NCBI GenBank assembly: GCA_963731815.1
Contig: CAVSWW010000011.1
Location: 741,603-805,602 of the forward strand
Source: an uncultured Acidimicrobiia bacterium
Lineage (GTDB): Bacteria; Actinomycetota; Acidimicrobiia; IMCC26256; PALSA-555
Direction of reading: 5' to 3'
DNA length: 64,000 bases
Part shown: one piece after another, positions 1-10,165 of the stretch
Numbering within the stretch: position 1 is the first letter of the stretch
How the letters are laid out: the number at the start of each line of letters is the position of its first letter
The notes under the pieces: model-generated
What the model saw: only the letters and a program-made list of their open reading frames with translations
The model's database searches: none
What the model was told of the DNA's origin: nothing
Program-made: the position numbers and the translations under genes

Positions 1-309
1 CTCGCACCGATCGGCGGGGCGCGCATCCTCGACTACGAGATCGCGATCGGGTACGGCGGCGCCGACGGCAAGCCCGACTTCTGGATCAGCGCGCTCGCGG
101 AGGGCACCACCAACCGCCCGACGCACCACTGCTTCACCGCGTCGAGCCGGGCCGACGTGGACGCGTTCTTCGCGGCCGCGGTCGCGGGTGGCGCCGAGGT
201 GCTGCACGAGCCACGCGTCTGGCCCGAGTACCACCCCAACTACTACGGCGCGTTCGTGCGCGATCCCGACGGCAACAACGTCGAGGCCGTCTGCCACTTC
301 CCCGAATGA
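1..309 (+). CDS. VOC/glyoxalase family protein (5'-truncated by window edge)
   Basis: Frame 1 reads ...GKPDFWIS...HHCFTASSRADVDAFF...YYGAFVRDPDGNNVEAVCH*; TGA at 307-309. Confidence 0.85.
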   Translation, partial: LAPIGGARILDYEIAIGYGGADGKPDFWISALAEGTTNRPTHHCFTASSRADVDAFFAAAVAGGAEVLHEPRVWPEYHPNYYGAFVRDPDGNNVEAVCHFPE

Positions 310-315
310 GCTGAC

Positions 316-1443
316 ATGGCCACCGACCTCACCGTCGCCGCCGTCCCCGGCTACTTCGCGACGATGGGTGCCGAGCAGTGGTACCTCAAGCGGCGCGCCC
401 GCAAGCGCGGCGCACCGGCGCCGTCCGACTTCGAGAAGCGCGACACGATCGCCAGCCTGGCGATGGGCGTCGGCAGCCTCGTCATCCCGATGCTCGCGCC
501 GAAGGTGCTGAAGCCGTTCACGCCGGGGAAGGGCAGGTTCGGCAAGGCGCTCGTGTACACGGCCGTCGGTGCCGCGGCGGTCACGACGATCGCCGACTGG
601 TACGCCCGCCGCGCCGAAGCCGCGGCCGAGGCAGACGGTGCCGGTCAGCCTGAGCCGACCCCGGCGCGCAAGGTCGCGAAGGCGGCCGGCGTCGCGACCG
701 TTGTCACCGGCGGCATCGCGCTCACGACCTGGTTCACCGAGATCACGTCACCGAACCGGCTGTGGGGCAAGCGCGTCCTGCCCGACTGGGGCAACGGTCC
801 GGTGCAGCTCGTCGCCGCGATCACCGTCTGGGACTTCATCTACTACTGGAGTCACCGGATGCAGCACGAGAGCCGGTACATGTGGGCGATCCACGTCGTC
901 CACCACTCGAGCGAGCGCTACAACCTCTCGACCGCGCTGCGTCAGCCCGTCGCCGACGCGCTCGGCACGTTCCCGCCCCAGGGGGCCGCGTGCCTCCTCG
1001 GCATCCGCCCCGAGCTCGTCGCGACCCGCGCGGGCGTCAACCTCCTCTACCAGTACTGGATCCACACCGACGTGATCCGCAAGCTCGGCCCGTTCGAGCG
1101 CCTGTTCAACACGCCGTCGCACCACCGCGTCCACCACGGCGCGAACCGCAAGTACATCGACCGCAACCATGGCAGCATCCTCATCGTGTGGGACAAGCTC
1201 TTCGGGACGTTCGAGCCTGAGGGCGAACCGGTCGTCTACGGGCTCACCAAGAACATCGAGACGTTCGAGCCGGCGCGCATCGCGACCCACGAACACCGCG
1301 ACATCCTGCGCGACGTCGCGCACTCGAAGACCTGGCGCGAGCGCCTGTCGTACGTCGTGCGCGGGCCGGGCTGGGCGTACGAGCAGCACCGCCGCCGGGG
1401 CGACACCGCCGAGGTCACCGCCCTCGAAGCCGCCCCCGCCTGA
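316..1443 (+). CDS. Sterol desaturase / fatty acid hydroxylase family (alkylglycerol monooxygenase-like)
   Basis: His boxes YYWSHRMQH, IHVVHHS, YWIH, SHHRVHH and WDKLFGTF; TM segments. Confidence 0.85.
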   Translation: MATDLTVAAVPGYFATMGAEQWYLKRRARKRGAPAPSDFEKRDTIASLAMGVGSLVIPMLAPKVLKPFTPGKGRFGKALVYTAVGAAAVTTIADWYARRAEAAAEADGAGQPEPTPARKVAKAAGVATVVTGGIALTTWFTEITSPNRLWGKRVLPDWGNGPVQLVAAITVWDFIYYWSHRMQHESRYMWAIHVVHHSSERYNLSTALRQPVADALGTFPPQGAACLLGIRPELVATRAGVNLLYQYWIHTDVIRKLGPFERLFNTPSHHRVHHGANRKYIDRNHGSILIVWDKLFGTFEPEGEPVVYGLTKNIETFEPARIATHEHRDILRDVAHSKTWRERLSYVVRGPGWAYEQHRRRGDTAEVTALEAAPA

Positions 1444-1448
1444 CGCCG

Positions 1449-1775
1449 ATGGAACCGGACGAGGTCACCGACGCCGTGTTCCCCGAATCCACCGCTGTCG
1501 ACCCGGGTGAAGCACCGCTGCGCGACGAGGCCGCGCACGGTGAGGCCCGACCGATCGACAAGTTCCGCAAGACGGCCGCCGGGTCGGTCGTCGCCGCCGG
1601 GCTGCTCGGCCTGCGCGACGCGCTCGAGGGTCGCCCGGAGCGCGAAGAGGTCGCGATCGTCTCCGAGGCGCCCGACGAGCCGGCCGACCAGGGCGTCACG
1701 CTCGTGTTCGACGAGGACGACCCGTCGCGCCTGCGCGTCGTGCTCCCGCGTCCGCCGGAGTCGAGGAGCGACTGA
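1449..1775 (+). CDS. Hypothetical acidic small protein
   Basis: ATG 5 nt after previous stop, GC3-rich codons, one hydrophobic segment. Confidence 0.6.
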   Translation: MEPDEVTDAVFPESTAVDPGEAPLRDEAAHGEARPIDKFRKTAAGSVVAAGLLGLRDALEGRPEREEVAIVSEAPDEPADQGVTLVFDEDDPSRLRVVLPRPPESRSD

Positions 1776-1797
1776 CACCAACCCGTACGCTGGTGGC

Positions 1798-2382
1798 ATG
1801 GCCTCCGTCCTGCTCGACATGGCCGTCGGCGAGGTGCAGCGGCTGCGCCGGTCGCTCCGCACCTACGGCGACACCTGGGGCACGACCGGCACCGAGCGCG
1901 CCGCGTCGTTCCCCGTCGACCGGATCCTGCCCAACGCCGAGCAGTGGATGTTCCGCGGCGTCGACGTCGAGGCGCCGGCCGCGCTCACGTACCGCTGGCT
2001 GTGCCAGCTGCGCGCCGCCCCGTACAGCTACGACTGGATCGACAACTTCGGCCGGCAGAGCCCGCAGGAGCTGACGCCGGGGCTGGAGGACGTGAAGGTC
2101 GGCCAGAAGTGCATGTCGATCTTCGAGATCGTCGACGTCGAGCCGGGCGAGACGATCACGGCCGAGGCCAAGGGATCGGTGTTCGGCGACGTCGCGGTCA
2201 CGTACCGCGTCGTGCCCGTCGGCGAGACGCGGTCGCGCATCGTCGCGAAGCTCGGCATCGTCTACCCCGCCGGCATCCCGGGCGCACTGATGCACGACAT
2301 GCTCCCCGCGGGCGATCTCATCATGATGAAGAAGCAGCTGCGCAACCTCGCGACGCTCGCTGCCCGCGACGCCGCCGCCTGA
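1798..2382 (+). CDS. SRPBCC-like hypothetical protein
   Basis: Actinobacterial-type motifs TWG...FP.D, WLCQLRAAPYSYDWIDN, GDLIMMKKQL; ATG preceded by TACGCT-6nt. Confidence 0.7.
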   Translation: MASVLLDMAVGEVQRLRRSLRTYGDTWGTTGTERAASFPVDRILPNAEQWMFRGVDVEAPAALTYRWLCQLRAAPYSYDWIDNFGRQSPQELTPGLEDVKVGQKCMSIFEIVDVEPGETITAEAKGSVFGDVAVTYRVVPVGETRSRIVAKLGIVYPAGIPGALMHDMLPAGDLIMMKKQLRNLATLAARDAAA

Positions 2383-2542
2383 CGACCGCTCGCCTCGTTG
2401 TACGCTCCTCGCCGCTGACGGCTGCGGGGGACTGAGGAGCGCAAAGCGACATGGCTGACGAATGGGGTCCGCTCGTAGGTGACATGGACGAGCCGTTCCG
2501 CACGAGGACCACAACACGATGCACAAGGTCGGCTGACCGCCC

Positions 2543-3995
2543 GTGACCCGCGACCTTCGCTTCGCCATCATCGGTGCCGGCATGGCCGGCATCCTGAGCG
2601 CCATCAAGCTCGCGCGAGGCGGGCTACGACGACTTCGTCGTCTACGAGAAGGCCGACAGCATCGGCGGCACCTGGCGCGAGAACACGTATCCGGGCATCC
2701 AATGCGACATCCCGTCGCACATGTACCGCTACTCGTTCGCCCCCAACGCCGAATGGAGCTGCACGTTCCCTGCCGGCGACGAGATCTTCGCCTACTTCGA
2801 GCAGGTCGCCCGCGACTACGAGGTCACACCGCGCATCCGCTTCGGCGAGGAGGTCAACCGCGCCGAGTGGATCGATGGGCGCTGGCACCTCGAGACGGCG
2901 GCCGGCACGAAAGACGTCGTGGACGTGGTCATCGCGGCGACCGGCGTGCTGCACCATCCCAAGTACCCGGAGATCGAGGGGCTCGACTCGTTCGCAGGTC
3001 CGACGTTCCACACCGCACGCTGGGACCACGACGTCGAGCTCGCCGGCAAGCGAGTCGGCATCATCGGGAACGGCTCGAGCGGCGTGCAGGTCGCCGGCGC
3101 GCTCGCCGGCAACGTGCAGCACCTCACGGTGTTCCAGCGGACGCCGCAGTGGATCATGCCGCAGGCGAACGACCCGTACACCGACGAAGACCGCGAGCGC
3201 TTCCGCCAGCACCCGGAAGAGATGGACGAGCTGCACCGCGCGATCGGTGAGCTGCTGACCGCGGGCTTCGGCAACGCACTGGTCGACGCCGACTCCTTCC
3301 ACCTCCTGAACATCGAGGCGCTCTGCAAGCAGAACCTCGAGGAGAGCGTCGCCGACCCAGAGCTGCGCGAACGGCTGCGCCCCGACTACCGCGCCGCGTG
3401 CAAGCGCCTCGTCGTCTCGGGCGAGTTCTACCGGGCGATCCAGCACGCCGACAGCGAGCTCGTGACGGAGGGCATCGAGCGCATCGAGCCGGGCGGGGTG
3501 CGCACCGCCGACGGCACGCTGCACGAGCTCGACGTGCTCGTGATCGCGACGGGCTTCAAGGTCGACGCGTTCATGCGACCGATGGACGTGGTCGGTCGCG
3601 ACGAGACGAAGCTCGCGGACGCGTGGCGCGACCGGCCGATCGCCTACCTCTCGATCTCGATCCCCGACTTCCCGAACCTGTTCATGATCAACGGGCCGAA
3701 CGGTCCGGTCGGGAACTTCTCACTCATCGAGATCGCAGAGATCCAGGTCGCCTACATCCTCCAGCTCGTCGAGCTGCTGCGCGCCGGTGAGGCGGCCGAG
3801 ATCAGCTCGGACGCGAGCGCGACCGAGGAGTTCGAGGCCGCGCGCACCGAGGCCGCGAAGACGACGATCTGGGCGACCGGCTGTCGCAGCTGGTACCTCG
3901 ACGACCGCGGTGTCCCGTCCACTTGGCCGTGGACGTTCGACAAGTTCCGCGCCGACATGGTCGCGCCCGATCTGACCAAGTACGACGTGCGCTGA
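2543..3995 (+). CDS. Flavin-containing (Baeyer-Villiger-type) monooxygenase; one frameshift near 2615
   Basis: GAGMAG Rossmann, GGTWRENTYPG in the shifted frame, FAGPTFHTARW (FxGxxxHxxxW), GNGSSG, ATGF, CRSWY. Confidence 0.85.
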
Positions 3996-4367
3996 TCAGC
4001 TGTTGGCGGCGGCCCAGGCGAGGGCCTCCGACTCCTGTCCCGCGTCGAACGCCTTGACGTCACCGGGGCTCAGCCAGCCGAACGCCTTGAGCGCGGTCTC
4101 GATCCAGTCCTTGTCGCTGACGACCGCGCAGCGCTTCCACTTGCTGAACTTGCTGATCCCCATCTTGAGGTCTTCCCAGAAGCCCTCGGCGGTCAGGCCG
4201 TCGAAGTCGCTGTCCAGCACGATGACGACGCGCAGGCCGTCGCCCTGCTGCTCCTGCGCGGCGAGCGCCGGCTCGAGCGTCTTCGTGTAGTCGTCGCCGG
4301 TGAGCTTCCCGCTCGCCTTCACCATCAAGACGTTCTCCGCCGGCGACCCCGGCACCACCTCGATCAT
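3996..4367 (-). CDS. SpoIIAA-like STAS/SEC14 domain protein
   Basis: MIEVV...ASGKLTGDDY...FWEDLK...RCAVVSDKDWI...EALAW; AGGAGG RBS. Confidence 0.8.
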   Translation of the reverse strand: MIEVVPGSPAENVLMVKASGKLTGDDYTKTLEPALAAQEQQGDGLRVVIVLDSDFDGLTAEGFWEDLKMGISKFSKWKRCAVVSDKDWIETALKAFGWLSPGDVKAFDAGQESEALAWAAANS

Positions 4368-4386
4368 CGTTCCTCCTGCAGTGCTC

Positions 4387-4432
4387 TGGATGCGTCCCTG
4401 ACCCTTCTCTACGCGGGCGACGGACGCATCCA
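4387..4432. repeat. REP-like palindrome copy 1
   Basis: TGGATGCGTCC...GGACGCATCCA hairpin. Confidence 0.7.
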
Positions 4433-4454
4433 CTGTCAGTTCTACGATCGGGGC

Positions 4455-4928
4455 ATGCTGCTGGACGGAGTGAACCACGTCGCCATCCTCACGAAGGACA
4501 CCGACGCGCTGCACGCCTTCTACCGGGAGGTCTTCGACGCCGAGATCGGCGACGACTTCCCGGCGGGGCCGGGCATGCGGCTGTCCTTCGTGCACATCGG
4601 CCCGCACAGCGAGCTCAACGTGTTCCAGGTCGACGACAACGACGAGACCGCCAAGAGCGCGTCGATGTTCGGTCGTGGACCCATCGACCACATGGGCCTG
4701 CAGGCCGAGTCGATCGAGGCGTTCGAGACGATCCGTGACCGCCTCATCGAGCGCGGGGCGACCGACGGGTTCGTCACCGACTTCGGCCCGATCCTGAGCT
4801 GCTTCTTCGTCGGGCCCGACGGCCTCGAGGCCGAGGTCTGCGTCACCAACCCGAATGCGAAGCCCGGTGTCCTGAACCCGCCGGGCACGAAGGCCGAGGG
4901 CTACGACGTCGTCACCAAGGAGCGTTGA
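4455..4928 (+). CDS. VOC/glyoxalase family protein
   Basis: GVNHVAILT, IDHMGL, GPDGLEAE. Confidence 0.85.
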   Translation: MLLDGVNHVAILTKDTDALHAFYREVFDAEIGDDFPAGPGMRLSFVHIGPHSELNVFQVDDNDETAKSASMFGRGPIDHMGLQAESIEAFETIRDRLIERGATDGFVTDFGPILSCFFVGPDGLEAEVCVTNPNAKPGVLNPPGTKAEGYDVVTKER

Positions 4929-5018
4929 TGCGTAGCTGAACCGCGTGAGGAGGGTTCAGCCACGCATGTCGTCTTCTGGTTGCGTCCCTCACCGTCGTGG
5001 GGCGGGTCGAGGGACGCA
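4928..5018. repeat. Tandem pair of REP-like palindromes (copies 2 and 3)
   Basis: ATGCGTAGCTGAACC..GGTTCAGCCACGCAT (4928-4967) and TGCGTCCCTC..GAGGGACGCA (4981-5018) between convergent genes. Confidence 0.75.
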
Positions 5019-5055
5019 TCCTCTCTATTGCAACGGCTGGACCACCGTGTGCGCT

Positions 5056-5939
5056 CTAACGGTGACCTGCCGGCGCGTCGTCCGCGAACTCGAGCAGCTG
5101 TGGGGCGAGCAGCGGCCAGCGCTCGAACAGGCCGCCGCCTTCCTCCCGCGGCCGCGATGCCGCGCTGCTTCCACTCGTCGTCGGGCCACGGCGGCTCGAC
5201 GAGCTCTGCGCCCGGGATCAGCGTCGGCGAGGTTCTCCGACGTGGCGCGCGTGTGGTGCGGGTCGCTCGACGCCGCTGCGGAACACGATCGTCGGCAGCG
5301 TGAGGGCAGCCGCCTGATCGTCGGTCAGCCCGGGGACGGGTGAGGCGGGATCCGGCACGTAGGCGAGCATCCACCGCTCGAGCGTGGCGATGAACTCCTG
5401 CGGGTCCTGGGCGAGGAACCGCTCGCGGTTGCGCGGGTTGCGCTCGAGCACCTCCGTCCCACTCGGGCAGCTCGACGACGCCTTCCATCCCGTCCTGCCA
5501 CGCGGCGCGGATCGACTCGCCGCAGTAGTGCGTCGCGAGCAGCAGCAGCCCGTAGACGCCGCCGGAGATCCACAGTCATGCCGAGCGCGGCGGCGACGTC
5601 GGGGTGGGTCGCCGCGGTGAGCAGCGACACCGCGCGCACCACCGGAGCCGCCGAAGACGACCGCGGGCGCGAGGTCGAGCGTGGCGCAGCAGCCCGGCGA
5701 GGTGGTCGGCCTGCATCTGCGACTCGGACGAGCCGGTGAACACCACGTCCGACGCGCCGCAGTTGGGCCGGTCCCAGATGAGGACGCGCTGGCCCGTCGG
5801 CCGCGAGCGCCTCGGCGAGCTGCCGGATCCCGGGCACGTCCTTGCAGAACCGTCCGCCCGGCGTGATCACCCAGGGCGGCCCCGCATCGCCGATGATCTC
5901 GTACGCCAGCAGGGTTCCGTCGACCTCGATCGTCGCCAC
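5056..5939 (-). pseudogene. Alpha/beta hydrolase broken by several frameshifts (possibly assembly errors)
   Basis: Fragments VATIEVDG..YEIIGDAGPPWVITPGGRF, WDRPNCGASD, GGSGG, LPTIVFRSG, ...WPLLAPQLLEFAD spread over all three frames. Confidence 0.7.
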
Positions 5940-5957
5940 GCGTACAGTCTCTCTCGT

Positions 5958-5993
5958 TGCGTGCGAGCCCTCGTAGAGAGGGTCAGTAACGCA
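5958..5993. repeat. Degenerate REP-like palindrome copy 4
   Basis: TGCGT..CCCTC GTAGA GAGGG..ACGCA. Confidence 0.45.
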
Positions 5994-6018
5994 CGTCGGC
6001 AAGCACAGTGGGGGACGC

Positions 6019-7208
6019 ATGACGAGCACGCTCGACGCCGTGAAGTCCGGCGACCTCCGGGTCGTCGACGCCGACACGCACCTCACCGAGCGGCCACGAC
6101 CTCTGGACGAGCCGCGCGCCGCGCCTCCATGCAGCGACCGCATGCCGCACGTCGAGCAGGTCGAGGGCGAGGCGACGTGGGTCGTCGAGGGCAACGTGAT
6201 GGGCCGTGCCGGCGCTGGCGGCGTCGTCGGCACAGGACAACCACAAGGGTCGCTCGTTCGAGGCGCTCTACGAGTGGGAGATCGACCGCATCCACGTCGG
6301 GCGCGTACGACCCGATCGCGCGCCTCGAGATGATGGACGAGGCCGGCGTGCACGCGCAGGTCGATCTTCCCGAACAACGTCGGCCTCGGCGGTCAGGGCC
6401 TGAGCCAGGCCGTGCTCGACCCCGCGCTGCGGCTGCTGTGCGTCGAGATGTACAACGACTCGAACGCGGAGATGCAGGAGGCGTCGGGCAACCGTCTTCT
6501 GCCGATGGCCGTGCTGCCGGCGTGGGACATGGACGCCTGCGTGCGCGAGGCGCAGCGCTGCGCGGCGATGGGGATGCGGGGCGTCAACATCACGTCCGAC
6601 CCGCAGGACCAGGACGCGCCCGACCTCGCGAGCCGCGCATGGGACCCGCTCTGGGAGGCGTGTGCCGATCTCCACCTCCCGCTGCACTTCCACATCGGCG
6701 GGAGCCTCACGGTCATGACGTTCTTCGAGAACTACGCCTGGCCGTCGCACGACGAGGACACACAGCTCGCGATCCAGGGCACGATGTTGTTCGTCGGCAA
6801 CAGCCGCGTGATCGTCAACATCATCTGCTCCGGCATGCTCGAGCGGCACCCCGAGCTGAAGGTCGTGTCCGTGGAGAGCGGCGCGGGGTGGGTGCCGTTC
6901 ACGCTCGAGGCACTCGACTACGAGATGTCCGAGAACGCGCCGAACTGCGCAACGAGACGCTGTCGATGAGCCCGTCGGAGTACTTCAAGCGGCAGATCTA
7001 CGCCACGATGTGGTTCGAGCGCACCGACCTGCCGTCGCTCGTGAAGGCGGTCGGCGAGGACAACATCCTGTTCGAGACCGACTTCCCGCACCCGACGTGC
7101 CTGTACCCGAATCCGGTGAAGTCGGCCGACGAGAACATGCGCGACCTCACCGAGGTGCAGCGCCACAAGATCCTCGGCGGGAACGCGACGAAGCTCTATC
7201 GCTTGTAG
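6019..7208 (+). CDS. Amidohydrolase_2 family protein; several frameshifts
   Basis: VVDADTH, YND, WDPLWEAC, HFHIG, VESGAGW, FETDFPHP motifs in consecutive frames. Confidence 0.8.
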
Positions 7209-7243
7209 ACCGACACGCATCGCCGGGCTGGCGGGGGGTGGCC

Positions 7244-8368
7244 ATGACGGGTCGATCGAGGCTCAGGTGTCGGCCGACGTTCCTGTCCGGGGTCGCGATC
7301 GCGATGGCGAGCGTCGTCACGCTGCCGGCGACGGTGGCGCACGCGCAGGACGACGCGCAGCTCGAGACGAGCATCGTCCTCAACGATTCTCCGACGTACG
7401 CCTTCAGTGACGGTGCTGCACCGACCCGCAACGCGCCGACCGCGGTCGTGCAGCTCACGGGCAAGCTCAGCGACGACGGCATCGAGGTCGACGTCACGCA
7501 GCTGGCGCGCTTCCTCGCCGAAGACGAGCCGGTGAGCGCGCGCGTCGCGTTCTACGGCGGACGCGACTTCATGGTCGCGGGTGGCGTTCGGTTCGAGCTC
7601 ACTCCGGCGAACGGGCCCGTCGACGCCGAGGTCATCGAGCGCGAAGAGGTCGGCACCGACACGAGTCCCGAGGTCTGGGACCCGGCGCCCGACTTCGGCA
7701 CCGCGACGGCGACGACCGCGGGCGGGGTCATCTCGATCGATCTCGTCGCGAAGGGTCGCTACCGGCGCCTGCTGCGCGATCCGCGCACTGCGGTCGGGCT
7801 CGACCTCCTGCCGGGGACGGACGGCACGCAGATCCAGCCGAGCGTGCGGGTGTCGGTCGGCGACCTGACGGGCGGGCGCCCCGGACTCGTGACGCCGCAG
7901 GGCACCGCCGTCGGAAGCGACGACTCCCCGAAGCCGTGGATCACCACCCCCGTGGCCGAGGACGTGCGCGTGGTGATCGACCAGGTGGCGGCCCAGCACA
8001 TGCGCTCGTTCATCAACAGCGTCAACGGCATCCGCCTCGAGATCGGCGATCTCGCGGCGGACGCGGCGCAGGTCCGCCTCTTCGCCGCCGGGACGTTCAC
8101 ATTGGTCCCTGCGAACGCGCCGTTCCCGCCGTACGCCATCGCGCTGTTCGTCCCCGGCGAGATCACCGCGCCCTACCGCGTCGGCGATGCGTATGCCTCA
8201 CAGCCCGTCGGCGACCTCGTCATCGACGTCCAGAAGCGGCCTGGTTCGTACGTGCTCACGTTCCCGGCGACGATCGAACCTGACGTGGCCCGTTCGGTGC
8301 AGACTGTGCTGCCGAGCGACGCCGGGCAGCTGGTGCTTCTTGCGACCGGTTTTCGCGTGCGCTACTAG
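7244..8368 (+). CDS. Secreted hypothetical protein
   Basis: Signal peptide-like N-terminus ending AHA-Q; long GC3-rich ORF; no family recognised. Confidence 0.6.
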   Translation: MTGRSRLRCRPTFLSGVAIAMASVVTLPATVAHAQDDAQLETSIVLNDSPTYAFSDGAAPTRNAPTAVVQLTGKLSDDGIEVDVTQLARFLAEDEPVSARVAFYGGRDFMVAGGVRFELTPANGPVDAEVIEREEVGTDTSPEVWDPAPDFGTATATTAGGVISIDLVAKGRYRRLLRDPRTAVGLDLLPGTDGTQIQPSVRVSVGDLTGGRPGLVTPQGTAVGSDDSPKPWITTPVAEDVRVVIDQVAAQHMRSFINSVNGIRLEIGDLAADAAQVRLFAAGTFTLVPANAPFPPYAIALFVPGEITAPYRVGDAYASQPVGDLVIDVQKRPGSYVLTFPATIEPDVARSVQTVLPSDAGQLVLLATGFRVRY

Positions 8369-8397
8369 TTCGAACTCGACCATCAGGAGGGTCGTCC

Positions 8398-9213
8398 GTG
8401 CCGACGTACATGGACCGACATGATGATGTCGACGCGACGGAGGCCGACATCGCCGCCATCCACGCGCTCGACGTCGAGATGCAGGAGAAGCACAAGGTCA
8501 AGTACCTGAGCTACTGGTTCGACCCCGACGCGCACAGCGTGTTCTGCTTCGTGGACGCGCCCACCAAGGAAGCGGCCCAGGCGGTGCACGCGGAGGCGCA
8601 CGGGCAGATCGCGAACAAGATCATCCCGGTCGAGGGCGGGATGGTCGCAGGATTCCTCGGGCCGCAGCCCGCGGAGTCGTCGGCCGAAGCGCCGAACGGC
8701 GGGAGCGCGTTCCGCACGATCCTGTTCACGGACATCGTCGACTCCACCAAGCTCACCCAGCGCCTCGGCGACGCCGGCGCAATGGAGTTCGTGCGTGCGC
8801 ACGACAAGATCGTCCGAGCGGTGCTGCACGAGAACGAGGGCACCGAGGTCAAGCACACCGGCGACGGGATCATGGCGTCCTTCGAGTCGGTGCCGTGCGC
8901 GATCACGAGCGCCGTGAAGATCCAACGGCGGCTCTGCGAGTACAGCAAGGACTCCGCGCACCCGCTCGAGGTCCGGATCGGTGTCAGCGCCGGTGAGCCC
9001 GTCACCGAGCACAACGACCTGTTCGGCGCGGCCGTCCAGCTCGCGGCGCGCGCGTGCGCGCGGGCCGACCCGAGCTGCATCTACGTGTCGCAAGAGGTGC
9101 ACGAGCTGTACGACGGTGAAGACCACGTCTTCGACCTGCGCGGCCCCTTCGAGCTCAAGGGCTTCGACGAGCCGATCCCGCTCTACGAGGTCACCTGGCG
9201 CACGCCCGCGTGA
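8398..9213 (+). CDS. DUF4242 (SCO4226-like nickel-binding) domain fused to class III adenylate cyclase
   Basis: N-term MPTYMDRH..H..D..YW.D..FC..DAP..AVH.EAHG; C-term FTDIVDST, VKHTGDG, RIGVSAG, DLFG..V.LAAR, LKG; AGGAGG RBS. Confidence 0.85.
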   Translation: MPTYMDRHDDVDATEADIAAIHALDVEMQEKHKVKYLSYWFDPDAHSVFCFVDAPTKEAAQAVHAEAHGQIANKIIPVEGGMVAGFLGPQPAESSAEAPNGGSAFRTILFTDIVDSTKLTQRLGDAGAMEFVRAHDKIVRAVLHENEGTEVKHTGDGIMASFESVPCAITSAVKIQRRLCEYSKDSAHPLEVRIGVSAGEPVTEHNDLFGAAVQLAARACARADPSCIYVSQEVHELYDGEDHVFDLRGPFELKGFDEPIPLYEVTWRTPA

Positions 9214-9227
9214 CCGCTGCTCCTGGA

Positions 9228-9265
9228 TGCGTCCCTCACCCGCGCCTTTGCGGGTGAGGGACGCA
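9228..9265. repeat. REP-like palindrome copy 5 (perfect 16-bp stem; probable bidirectional terminator)
   Basis: TGCGTCCCTCACCCGC-gccttt-GCGGGTGAGGGACGCA between convergent genes. Confidence 0.8.
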
Positions 9266-9282
9266 CATCCAGCAGCGCTCCG

Positions 9283-10011
9283 TCAGGAGCTCTTCTCGAC
9301 CTCGAACTCGGCGGTCATCCCCTCGACCGCGTGCGGCGGGCCTTCGGCGTGCTCGGCCGCTTCCGGGTCCGTCGAACCGACCGGGAGGAAGCACACCGCG
9401 CCGTGGCGGCCTGACTTCTTCAGGTCGACGTACAGGTACGACGTCGCACCCTGCTCGGCGAACGTCGCTCCGAGGAACTCGAGCTTCTTCTCCGCCTGCT
9501 TCTGCGGCAGATCGAGCAGCTCCTGCATCGTCTCGTCGCCCTTGATGCGCGAGATCAACATCTCGTGCAGCTCGGCTCCCTCGTTGGTGAAGCGGAACAC
9601 GTTGATCCCCGTGTCCACGGTCTCCGGCATGCCCACGAACTCGAAGTCGCGGCCGGTCACGTCGTGGACGGGGTACCCGCAGTTGTCGGCGACCCACTGG
9701 TCGATGGTGCCGATGGCTGCGAAGACGGTCGGGTTCTCGACGTCGCCGGTGCGGACGCCCTCGACCACGGTCGCAGCGGCATCCGCGACCTCGGTAGGCG
9801 CGTTCTGCTCGATCTGGTCGGTGAGCTTGGTGAGCTGCTTCTGCTGCTTCTTGGTCGGTTCGCCCTCGATCTGGTTGAACAGCAGGCTGGTGCCGGTCAC
9901 CGCCTCGCAGAACGTCTCTTGATCGGGGCTCGCCTGTGCCGTCGCGGCCGGCGCCATGAGGCCCAGGCTCAGGGCGACGCAAGCGGACGCGAGCAGCGTG
10001 CGGGTGGGCAT
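9283..10011 (-). CDS. Secreted protein with C-terminal cupredoxin-like domain
   Basis: Signal peptide; FTNEG..LHEM ... VCFLP ... PHAVEGM (H/C/H/M type-1 Cu ligand set). Confidence 0.7.
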   Translation of the reverse strand: MPTRTLLASACVALSLGLMAPAATAQASPDQETFCEAVTGTSLLFNQIEGEPTKKQQKQLTKLTDQIEQNAPTEVADAAATVVEGVRTGDVENPTVFAAIGTIDQWVADNCGYPVHDVTGRDFEFVGMPETVDTGINVFRFTNEGAELHEMLISRIKGDETMQELLDLPQKQAEKKLEFLGATFAEQGATSYLYVDLKKSGRHGAVCFLPVGSTDPEAAEHAEGPPHAVEGMTAEFEVEKSS

Positions 10012-10127
10012 CTACTTTCTCCTTCGGGGTAGGTCTCAGAGTTGTCGACTGCAATGCCCCCCGCACAACAGCGTGAAGACGTTACTGGTGCGCCCGTCCG
10101 GAAAATCGTCACCCCACCCCCTCTGGT

Positions 10128-10165
10128 TGCGTCCGTCACCCGCGTATACGAGGGTGAGGGACGCA
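10128..10165. repeat. REP-like palindrome copy 6, overlapping the P450 start
   Basis: TGCGTCCGTCACC..GGTGAGGGACGCA. Confidence 0.75.

Noticed and set aside
4928-5018. Tandem palindromes as a mini CRISPR array
   Set aside because: Two dissimilar copies, 13-nt gap, no spacers and no cas genes
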